Below are positions 8,666 through 16,229 of a DNA stretch of 55,934 bases, one piece after another; position 1 is the first letter of the stretch; the number at the start of each line of letters is the position of its first letter. The stretch lies in the IMG/VR virus record IMGVR_UViG_3300045988_068817; one strand, written 5' to 3'. The notes below the pieces were generated by a model. The model searched no databases. It saw only the letters and a program-made list of their open reading frames with translations, and had not been told where the DNA came from. This DNA is from a virus. A program made the translations under genes and the position numbers.

Positions 8666-8887
8666 ATGAACAAGCTTTTTTTTGAAGTGAACAACGGCAG
8701 AAAATTGGAACTTGTGCAGCGGGAGGACAACGGAACGACCCTTATTTGTTCCCTCGATGCACCGGACAATGAGGCATATATCAGCGCTGGCGACTTTGTG
8801 CAGCTGATTAACCTTTACCGCTACTGTAAGCGGTACGATATTCAAAACGATTGGATTAACCCCAAAGGCAAAAATGCGGAGGTGTAA
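8666..8887 (+). CDS. Hypothetical protein, 73 aa
   Basis: ORF track entry, tightly packed behind the previous gene. Confidence 0.6.
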   Translation: MNKLFFEVNNGRKLELVQREDNGTTLICSLDAPDNEAYISAGDFVQLINLYRYCKRYDIQNDWINPKGKNAEV

Positions 8888-8890
8888 AAA

Positions 8891-8986
8891 ATGATTACTC
8901 TTGACTTTACCCAGTGGGCGGCCCTCTGGTACGTGGGCGGCATGATCTCCGGCGCACTCGTTATGATCGCATTTCTCAACAGCTAA
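8891..8986 (+). CDS. Small membrane peptide, 31 aa
   Basis: MITLDFTQWAALWYVGGMISGALVMIAFLNS. Fills the gap between neighbouring genes. Confidence 0.4.
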   Translation: MITLDFTQWAALWYVGGMISGALVMIAFLNS

Positions 8987-9001
8987 TAAGGAGGGATAAA
9001 A

Positions 9002-9265
9002 ATGACTGCATTTGAAGAAAACGTGAACGCATACCGCGAAAACAAGCGGCTCATGGAAGAACTTGAAGCAATGAACGATGCAATCAAGGCCGATATCATC
9101 AACATGATGCAGGGCGCGCCCGAAATGGTGCAGGGCACCGCAAAGGCCATTTACAAGGACGTTCAGAGTGTCCGGCTTGACAGCAAGCTTTTACAGGCCG
9201 CGCACCCGGATATTTATGCGGAATGCAGCAAAAAGACCGTTTACAAGCGGTTCAGCGTTGTTTGA
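9002..9265 (+). CDS. Hypothetical protein, 87 aa
   Basis: AAGGAGG RBS. ORF track entry. Confidence 0.65.
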   Translation: MTAFEENVNAYRENKRLMEELEAMNDAIKADIINMMQGAPEMVQGTAKAIYKDVQSVRLDSKLLQAAHPDIYAECSKKTVYKRFSVV

Positions 9266-9278
9266 TGGAGGTTTAACG

Positions 9279-9545
9279 ATGATTTACCCTGATAAAGTAT
9301 ATATCCCTGTTGTGCGTGGGCGCAGCGTGTGGAGCGTCTCAGAGATCGACACGGCAAAAGCCAAAAAGACGCCGGATTATATCGTAAACGGCTATATCCA
9401 ATATAACGGCGGTTTATACAGCGCTGGCAACGTCTTTTTATCCGCTGCTGATGCGTGGGACTGGATCCACCTTTTTCGCAGCTATCGCGGCAAGGTGTAC
9501 ACCGCCGCCGAGATTGGTAGCATCCGGGAAGTGAACACAAAATGA
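9279..9545 (+). CDS. Hypothetical protein, 88 aa
   Basis: GGAGG RBS followed by an internal ATG (MIYPDKVY...) of track ORF 9168..9545. Confidence 0.6.
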   Translation: MIYPDKVYIPVVRGRSVWSVSEIDTAKAKKTPDYIVNGYIQYNGGLYSAGNVFLSAADAWDWIHLFRSYRGKVYTAAEIGSIREVNTK

Positions 9546-9615
9546 TATTTTCTTGTATCCTGTTCTTTTTCTGGTTCTTTGCGGCACTGTTCAAAGCGTC
9601 TAAATAAAAAACATT

Positions 9616-9648
9616 TCACCCGGTCAGAAATGGCCGGGTTTTTCTTTT
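9616..9648 (+). terminator. Rho-independent terminator of the 8236-9545 cassette
   Basis: CACCCGGTC, a loop, then GGCCGGGTTTTTCTTTT. Confidence 0.7.
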
Positions 9649-10590
9649 GCCTTGCATCTGCTGATGGTGCAGGGCTTTTATTTTGTCCTACTGCAATACA
9701 GCCACATACAAGTATTTACAGCGCGTTTTGCGCTGTTAATGCAGTTATATTGCACACGCCACAAAACAGCGCACAGAGCTTTGCAGGGGCTTTTCCTGCT
9801 ATTATACCCGCTCAATCACCCGCGATACCAGACCGGCACAAGCGGCTACAATACCACCCGCGCAACGCTGGACAGCATACCAGCGCCCGGACGCGCTCAA
9901 CCGATACCAGATACCAGACGCCACGCCGGACACTGTACAGACCAGCATAACCGCATATTATAATAAGGTATATAAAGGGCAACGATGCGCCCCTGTTATA
10001 GATCCATGCCAGACGGCGCAGCAGATCGCATACCATGCCAGCCCGGCGGGGTCAGCTCCTGCCGTGTATAGATTGCTGGCAAGTGCTGGCACGCCGTCAG
10101 CGGTACAGACCCGGCGCACCTGCTGAGGGGTCAGCGTCTCCACCTGTACAGGGTCAGCCCGGCGGCTTGCGATCTGGCACCCTCTACCCGGCGGGGCAGT
10201 CCAGCGGCAGGGGCGCGGCGGGCGGCGCGGAACCATTGACGGCTACCGCCGCAGCTCTTTTCGGGCTTTCGCCCGATAGCTAATAAGGGCGAGCAATAGT
10301 CGTAGTGTTCCGGCTGGAATAGTCGTAGCAAAATAGTCGTAGTTTCTCCGTTAAAATAGTTGTGAAATAGTCGCAAAGTCGTCAGATGACCAGCTTTTGA
10401 AAGTCCTATATATCGTATAGTAACGAGCAGTCCGCTGATAGTCGTAGAGTAATAGTCGTAGCGTTTTCCAGCGAATCATCGTCAAATAGTCGTGTATTTT
10501 TTGTGTGAAATAGTCGTTTGCCTTTTAGGAAAAGAGAGGTGCGATAGTCGCTAAGTCATCCGACCACCCCAAAAATCACCTTCCACCTCA

Positions 10591-10710
10591 ATTTCGTATA
10601 ATTTATTCCCACGCTAGTTATACCCATTTCGTATAATAACCGTACTTATTATAGTATACAGATATAGTTACTCCCGATAATCACGGATTATTTCGTATAA
10701 TAACTCGTAC
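10591..10710 (+). repeat. Three direct copies of ATTTCGTATAAT (two extended to ATTTCGTATAATAACyCGTAC) in an AT-rich stretch
   Basis: Copies at 10591, 10626 and 10690, embedded between the ATAGTCG iteron clusters. Confidence 0.7.
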
Positions 10711-11045
10711 CATCCGATTCGGTCTATTCCTGCTCGATTTAATTCCCAGTAACGCACTATGGTATTCTAATCAATTAATAGCATTATACTAGGAATAATC
10801 AATGCAACATTTCTACATATTCAACCGACTACAAAATGAAGTGAATTTTCCATGTGAAATAGTCGTAGACCATCCACCAGTCCGAACCTCACGCCAGTTC
10901 TTGCCTACGGTCTGACCTGCTGGCTAACGGTATAGCTTTTGGAGATAGAGGGTTGTAGGGGGAAAGAACCTTTGCAAAACATCCGGTTGTCGTTTCCGGT
11001 TGTCGCGCCATTTTGGCGTGGGGGCCTCAAACAATTTATTTGTTT

Positions 11046-11115
11046 GAGGGGGGAGTTAGGGGGATTATAGGGGGTAATAGGGGTTGTAGGGGAAAGAGGG
11101 GGAAGAAAGGGGGGA
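11046..11115 (+). repeat. Seven G4-G6 runs spaced about 10 bp apart (TAGGGG-type repeats)
   Basis: G-runs start at 11048, 11059, 11070, 11080, 11089, 11098 and 11109. Confidence 0.8.
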
Positions 11116-11362
11116 AGATTGGATGTTTTTGCGCTGCACCACCACATGGCACTGATAGTCGCAACCGTTTCATCTCACTCGCTCTGCTTTCGTCTTAATC
11201 TACCCTGCGATTAGACGATTCTTTCTCAAAATCAAACCTTGCCGTTTTCTCTCGATAAATAACAGAAGAAAAAAGCATGGAATAGTCGCAGAGGGTAGTT
11301 TTACTACCTGACACCATTCCATGCTTTCTGATACGTTTGTTGATTGGAGATTTTAGCGGAGA

Positions 11363-11644
11363 TTAGATTTTACCATCCGCTTGCATCTTGCGCATACGCT
11401 CCGCAGCCGCTTCTTTCTGTTCGTCCGTCATAATTCTTGTGGTTGCAAACCGCACAAGTCGCTTGGGCATCTCATACCACTTGCCGTCCTTGTCCTGTTT
11501 GACCAGCTTGTACGACACAGGCTCCCGCTCGCACAGCTTGTCGAGCTTGCGCATATACACCGGGTCAGCGGTATAAACCGATGCAGTATCTTCCGCTGCA
11601 TTGAAGTTGACGATGGTCTCCTGTTCCAGTCGAGTGATGTTCAT
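11363..11644 (-). CDS. Hypothetical protein, 93 aa
   Basis: ORF track entry. GGAGGAAA RBS. Confidence 0.65.
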   Translation of the reverse strand: MNITRLEQETIVNFNAAEDTASVYTADPVYMRKLDKLCEREPVSYKLVKQDKDGKWYEMPKRLVRFATTRIMTDEQKEAAAERMRKMQADGKI

Positions 11645-11773
11645 AATCGTTTTCCTCCGTTTGTTGATTGACGAAAAATATTTATGGGGTTCAGACGATA
11701 ACTTTATCGCCCTGACCCTGTTATCTGTTTTTCTTGCCTATTCTACTGTGGGGATTGGAGCGCAGAAGCGATG

Positions 11774-12997
11774 TTACATCCACACGCATTCTTTGAACTG
11801 CTGGGTCTCCATCTGGAACGTGATGTCCAGTGACCCCACGTTGCCCTCTTTGTTCTTCTCAAGCGCAAAGTGATAATGCTGCTCTGGTCTCTTTTTCGTA
11901 GTCACGTTCTGCGCCAGAAGAATGATTGCATCTGCGTCCTGCTCAATCTGTCCGCTCTCTCGCAGGTCTGCGGCAGTCGGTGGAATACCTGTTCTTGCTG
12001 TCTCTCGATTGAGCTGTGCAAGTGCTACCACCAGCGTTCCTGTGGACTGTGCGAACTCATGCAGTGCCATGCTGATTTCCGTGACGGCACTGTATCGGTC
12101 TTTCGCTCCGGCTTGATGGATAAGCTGCAAATAGTCGATGAACACCGCTTTTGCCTGCATCCTGATGGACTGTGTTCTAATCCACCCAACGCCCTTACCA
12201 GCGGCAGAGCGCACGAACAGTGGATATTTCTTGGTGGCTGCCAGCCGGTCAAGTTCGTTAATGCTGACGGTCTTGTTTTTGACCGTGTGCAGTGGTACGC
12301 CTAGCTGATTTGCAATAATACGGGCATAGAGCGTATCCGGGTCGGTCTCTAGGCTAAAATATGCTACCTTGCGTCCGTTCTTGGCTATTTCACAGGCAAG
12401 TTGCAGGGACAGGGCAGTTTTACCGGCAGACGGTCTGCCGCCGATCACAACGAAGTTTCCCGGCACAAGATGCAAGTTGTTATCCAGCACTCTAAGCCCT
12501 GTGCTGATATACTCCGGCTTATCATCCAGCTTGCGGATGTAGTTGTCTATGCCATCGCACATTGGGATAAAATCGTTTCTCTCGCTGTGCAGGTTGATAG
12601 CTTCGCCTAGCTGCTCATAGATGCCTGTCAGGTCTGCGTATCTGGTCGAGCCATCAACGATTTTGAACGCAAGCTCTCTGGCTCTGGACAACGCTGCCTG
12701 TTCCTTGATGATTCCAGCCCATCCAAGCATCATGTCATGGGTGACGTTGCGGATGAACTCTGCACCGAAGGCATCCAGACATTCACCCATTGCTTTTTTG
12801 CAGTTATCGTACCGTCCCATGACTTCTACCGGGTTCCACTTGTCATTGTGTTCCCAATATCCGAGAATGGCAGCGAATGTATCATGCAGTTCAGGGCAGA
12901 AATCGTCGATTTTAAGGTCTTGCAGCACATCGGCGTACTCCGAGAACGTGAGGACTGCCCCCAGCAGGATGTATTGGGTCTGATTTTCAATATTCAC
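11774..12997 (-). CDS. dnaB: Replicative DNA helicase, DnaB family
   Basis: Walker A GGRPSAGKTALSLQLA, FSLE, VFIDYLQL, and LAQLNRE arginine-finger region. Confidence 0.9.
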   Translation of the reverse strand: MNIENQTQYILLGAVLTFSEYADVLQDLKIDDFCPELHDTFAAILGYWEHNDKWNPVEVMGRYDNCKKAMGECLDAFGAEFIRNVTHDMMLGWAGIIKEQAALSRARELAFKIVDGSTRYADLTGIYEQLGEAINLHSERNDFIPMCDGIDNYIRKLDDKPEYISTGLRVLDNNLHLVPGNFVVIGGRPSAGKTALSLQLACEIAKNGRKVAYFSLETDPDTLYARIIANQLGVPLHTVKNKTVSINELDRLAATKKYPLFVRSAAGKGVGWIRTQSIRMQAKAVFIDYLQLIHQAGAKDRYSAVTEISMALHEFAQSTGTLVVALAQLNRETARTGIPPTAADLRESGQIEQDADAIILLAQNVTTKKRPEQHYHFALEKNKEGNVGSLDITFQMETQQFKECVWM

Positions 12998-13596
12998 CGC
13001 AGAAAGTCTCCCTCGTCAGGTAATTCAGCCATTGTCTGCTGATAGCCACCGTTCCAGTCCTTCACGTTACGCATCCAGTTTCGTGCAGCAGCTTTCCAAT
13101 CTTTCATAGGCGACTTGCCGACCTTCCAGCCATTTGCCGTGAAGTGGTCAACAAACCGCTCTGCTTCCAGCTCCGTGTAGCCCTTTTCGGAAAAGTAGGC
13201 TTTTGCTTGCTCGATAGTCGGCGCAACGAATCGTTTTACCGGTTCTTTTTCTTTCTCACATTCTTTCTTTAATCCATATTCCTTTTCCTTATCCTTATCC
13301 ATAGGAAGGGAGGCTTTTCGACTGGCTTTTTCATTTTCAGAAAGGGGGCTTTTTGATTTTTGAAAAGGGGGGTTTTTCGGTCTGCCACCATTTTTGCCGT
13401 ATTCATGTAGTTTTCTGCTAGAATCCAGCGTTGGTTTTACCAAAATCCACATCGGTTTCATTGATTTTTTGAGCGGAAGTTCTACGCCATTGATGCCATA
13501 CTGGACGACTGCATAGACAAAATCCTTGCAATCTTTCTCACTTAATTCGCTTGCAGCGTCAAGATATGATGCAAAAAACTTAAAATCTTGTGCCAT
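12994..13596 (-). CDS. Replisome organizer / DnaD-like replication protein (N-terminal organizer-like domain)
   Basis: AAAGAGGA RBS. Starts MAQDFKFFASYLDAASELSEKDCKDFVYAVVQYG. Its stop overlaps the dnaB start by 4 nt. Confidence 0.55.
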   Translation of the reverse strand: MAQDFKFFASYLDAASELSEKDCKDFVYAVVQYGINGVELPLKKSMKPMWILVKPTLDSSRKLHEYGKNGGRPKNPPFQKSKSPLSENEKASRKASLPMDKDKEKEYGLKKECEKEKEPVKRFVAPTIEQAKAYFSEKGYTELEAERFVDHFTANGWKVGKSPMKDWKAAARNWMRNVKDWNGGYQQTMAELPDEGDFLR

Positions 13597-13698
13597 TTTC
13601 AGTCCTCTTTGTAGCGTTTGTTCCATTCTTCGATAGCATTTTTCAGCGAAAACTTGTCTCGCACAGTACTCCATACACACTTGTCCATCTACATCACC

Positions 13699-13932
13699 TC
13701 ATACCATCGGGAACGCCATCCAATGCGTCACCGTCACATCTTTCGGAAGTCTCTCGCCTATCTCATCCCAGAACTGACCGTCTGCATAGCAGCCGAGAAA
13801 GTACGCTGTCGGCGAGATTCCTTGCAACATTTTTCCATCTTTATCACGCCACGTTGTCTTAGTCGCAAGCAACAAAGGCTGCGTTCGCTCTCGTGGCGGT
13901 TCGCTTGCCGGACGCCAAAGTGTGTTACTCAT
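13699..13932 (-). CDS. DUF551-like small protein
   Basis: Contains WRPASEPP and a C-terminal THWMAFP. ATGA start/stop overlap with the upstream gene. Confidence 0.5.
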   Translation of the reverse strand: MSNTLWRPASEPPRERTQPLLLATKTTWRDKDGKMLQGISPTAYFLGCYADGQFWDEIGERLPKDVTVTHWMAFPMV

Positions 13933-14219
13933 AACCTGTTTTCCATCAAAGAACCACAATTCGGGCAGTAGTTGTAGCGGTCTCGGTTGTTTCTCGCATG
14001 GCAATTACTGCACATAAACCTCGTCTTATTTTCGTCTTGTGCAATCCATTCAGCGGTACGCTCTAAGGCTGTCGGGGCATCTTCCACAACTTCAATGGCA
14101 TCGCCAATACCGCAAGCACGGCATCTAACTCCATTGTAGTTCTCGCAGCCATCACAGTAGGCTTTCTGGATTTTTTCAATAAGTGCGCTTCGTTCAAGAT
14201 ATTCTGGATAATTAGCCAT
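13929..14219 (-). CDS. Zinc-ribbon protein, 96 aa
   Basis: Cys pairs CDGC..CRAC and CSNC..CPNC. Confidence 0.6.
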   Translation of the reverse strand: MANYPEYLERSALIEKIQKAYCDGCENYNGVRCRACGIGDAIEVVEDAPTALERTAEWIAQDENKTRFMCSNCHARNNRDRYNYCPNCGSLMENRL

Positions 14220-14367
14220 TGTCTTTTACCTCGATAGTCGGCGCTGTGTCGATGTAATCAAGTACATCGTCTAACGACAAGTTTCCTACCGTTCCATTGG
14301 TATATTCCTGAATCCATATCTCGATGTTCAGACGCAGTGCATTAGCGTCAATCGGTCTGACTTCCAT
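14212..14367 (-). CDS. Hypothetical protein, 51 aa
   Basis: AAAGGAGAG RBS followed by an internal ATG (MEVRPIDANAL...). Confidence 0.5.
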   Translation of the reverse strand: MEVRPIDANALRLNIEIWIQEYTNGTVGNLSLDDVLDYIDTAPTIEVKDNG

Positions 14368-14836
14368 GTTCTCTCCTTTCAATCTCCTTGCAAACCGCCT
14401 TGTAAAACGCATCCCACGTCTCACAATCGCAGGAATCGCCAAAGTCAAATCCTGTCCGCTTGCGCTCTGCAATGTCACGTTCAAAACAATCCAACGTCTT
14501 GTCCGTCAGTTCCGGCAGAAGCGGGATGATGTATCCGCAAATAAGGCTAGGCATATACGACCGTCTGCCTAAGCAATAGCGGACAGCACAGTTGCAGACC
14601 GCTCCGAAGTCGTCATTGGCGGGGTCTACCAAGCCTTTAGGCTTGTCATCTTGCAAATCATATATGGTGCAGTCAAGAACGGTCGCAATTCTAAAAAGCC
14701 ACCTTTCCTTGCATCTGCGTTTTCCGTTCTCAATAGCCGATACAAAAGCGGCTGTCACGCCGATTCTGTTCGCAAGGTCTTTCTGCTTGACGTGCAGTTC
14801 AATCCTGCGCTTCCTGATTTTCTCCCCTGCTGTCAT
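14348..14836 (-). CDS. XRE-family HTH protein with a Cys-rich C-terminal domain, 162 aa
   Basis: HTH signature IRKRRIELHVKQKDLANRIGVTAAFVSAIENGKR. Confidence 0.7.
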   Translation of the reverse strand: MTAGEKIRKRRIELHVKQKDLANRIGVTAAFVSAIENGKRRCKERWLFRIATVLDCTIYDLQDDKPKGLVDPANDDFGAVCNCAVRYCLGRRSYMPSLICGYIIPLLPELTDKTLDCFERDIAERKRTGFDFGDSCDCETWDAFYKAVCKEIERREHGSQTD

Positions 14837-15065
14837 CTTTCTTCTCCCATTCCTTGCATCCACGTTCATCCCACACGAAGTCTGCAACGTGTTCTGACTG
14901 GTCGTTCACGCATACGCCCTCCGGCTCTGCGTGCCATTTGCAAGAGCCACAGGACGGCTTAGATTTGTTCTTACAGGATTCCGCTGCGCATCGGATGGCC
15001 TTGCCAGCGGAGAACTGTTTGATGCCCATGCAAGAGCAATGTTCGGTTGTGCAGTAAACATTCAT
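14799..15065 (-). CDS. Cys-rich hypothetical protein, 88 aa
   Basis: ORF track entry with multiple CxxC-like pairs. Confidence 0.5.
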   Translation of the reverse strand: MNVYCTTEHCSCMGIKQFSAGKAIRCAAESCKNKSKPSCGSCKWHAEPEGVCVNDQSEHVADFVWDERGCKEWEKKDDSRGENQEAQD

Positions 15066-15265
15066 TATCTCTTCCCTCTCTTTCCCTTGTTGAACCGCCC
15101 GATCACTCGCTTATACTCCGCATAGCACTCCGGGCATAGGTCGCCTGTGTCTCTGCGCCACGCCCAGTCCTTGAAGTATTCGTCAGGGTTCATCATCCTG
15201 CCGCCCAGAACCGCTCCGCAGCGGTCACACACTCGCTTGTGGTAGATTCCTCTATCAGTTTGCAT
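15065..15265 (-). CDS. Zinc-ribbon protein, 66 aa
   Basis: Contains CDRCG and CPEC. Confidence 0.55.
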   Translation of the reverse strand: MQTDRGIYHKRVCDRCGAVLGGRMMNPDEYFKDWAWRRDTGDLCPECYAEYKRVIGRFNKGKRGKR

Positions 15266-16047
15266 TAGTTATCCTCCCCAACATCCTTAAACAGAATTTC
15301 TTTGTAGGCTTTCCAGTCTTTGATTTTGCACGGAATGTCCGTGCCGGGAACGGTTTTTTTCAGCCCATCCATCTGCCAGATGTTCCATGAGATGGTATCT
15401 GCGATGCAGTCAAGGAACATAGGCATACAGCCGATTTCCAACCTTTCAGCATCAAACCGATACCTAAAATTTTCGATCAGCGTCAGGAACAGGTTGCACC
15501 TTGCCAGCAAGAGATTGTCTCCCTGCCACTCATATCCGTATGTCGATGCGTAGGCATTGATTGCCCAGCACATCCACATATCATAGTCGTGGAACTGCTC
15601 TGCCAGAACATTCAGCTTTCTATCCAACAGACCGATTCTGTCCGGCACGGCAATCATCTGCCCTGTCGTGGTGTCGTATCGGCTTGTCAGGAACGGCGCT
15701 TCGCCACAGGTGACTTCAAGGCAAGTCTTGTTGATATACTCCTTCCAGTCCTCGCCATTCAGGTCGTTTTCGGCAACGTCTGCCATCTTCTTACAAACCC
15801 AAGTCGGCGTGAACACCTCTGCTTTTTTGCTGGTACGCTTCTTCTGGTCTGCAAGCCGTTTCTGCACACGAGGAACAAGCTGAACTTTATCCAACTGTTC
15901 CAACGTGATTTCATCTGCAAATCCCACACCCAGTTCAGGCGGCGGGTCTGTCGCCCAGATGATGTTCTTGCCTGTCGTGTGGTCTTGCAAGAGGACAGGC
16001 AGGAATGTGCGTAGGCATGGGTCGGAGAAGTCAATCAAAGTTCCCAT
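15265..16047 (-). CDS. N6-adenine-MTase-like protein with no recognisable catalytic NPPY/DPPY motif
   Basis: AEVFTPTWVCKKM is motif X-like and LEVTCGEAPFL is a degenerate motif I. No (N/D)PP(Y/F/W) was found by eye. Confidence 0.45.
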   Translation of the reverse strand: MGTLIDFSDPCLRTFLPVLLQDHTTGKNIIWATDPPPELGVGFADEITLEQLDKVQLVPRVQKRLADQKKRTSKKAEVFTPTWVCKKMADVAENDLNGEDWKEYINKTCLEVTCGEAPFLTSRYDTTTGQMIAVPDRIGLLDRKLNVLAEQFHDYDMWMCWAINAYASTYGYEWQGDNLLLARCNLFLTLIENFRYRFDAERLEIGCMPMFLDCIADTISWNIWQMDGLKKTVPGTDIPCKIKDWKAYKEILFKDVGEDN

Positions 16048-16229
16048 TGGTCAGCCCTCACCATGATTTTGTTTTTCTCTTTCAGCCAGTCCTTGACGCA
16101 ATGAAAGCAATGCTCACGGTTCTGGCAACGCTCCGGGTCACGATGTTTGATAAGCTCGCAGATGCCCCGCGTAAAGTTTTCTGTAATATCTTCGTCCGTC
16201 ATGGAGCGGATAAAATCACCGTTAGTCAT
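16035..16229 (-). CDS. Hypothetical protein, 64 aa
   Basis: ORF track entry, overlapping its neighbours by a few nt. Confidence 0.5.
   Translation of the reverse strand: MTNGDFIRSMTDEDITENFTRGICELIKHRDPERCQNREHCFHCVKDWLKEKNKIMVRADQWEL

Larger units (their letters stand above)
10296..11288 (+). repeat. Iteron field: at least 12 exact same-orientation copies of ATAGTCG (often AATAGTCGTAG), candidate phage origin
   Basis: Copies start at 10296, 10319, 10333, 10367, 10438, 10452, 10486, 10510, 10544, 10859, 11155 and 11282, plus degenerate copies. No credible ORF. Lies just downstream of the organizer and helicase genes. Confidence 0.75.

Noticed and set aside
9700-9960. A/C-rich strand-biased sequences with ATACCAG repeats, together with a similar tract at 7920-8060, were considered as a DGR template/variable repeat pair or a retron.
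   Set aside because: No reverse transcriptase gene exists anywhere in the window, and the two tracts do not align as adenine-specific variants.
9579-10376. Several overlapping 74-123 aa ORFs in all frames within the GC-rich island (9579..9950, 9652..9963, 9958..10236, 10035..10283, 10131..10376).
   Set aside because: They overlap one another, are Arg/Pro/Ala/Thr-rich, and lack RBSs or gene-like context. I treated them as non-coding GC-rich DNA. The most protein-like piece (VQVETLTPQQVRRVCTADGVPALASNLY in 9958..10236) could at most be a gene remnant.
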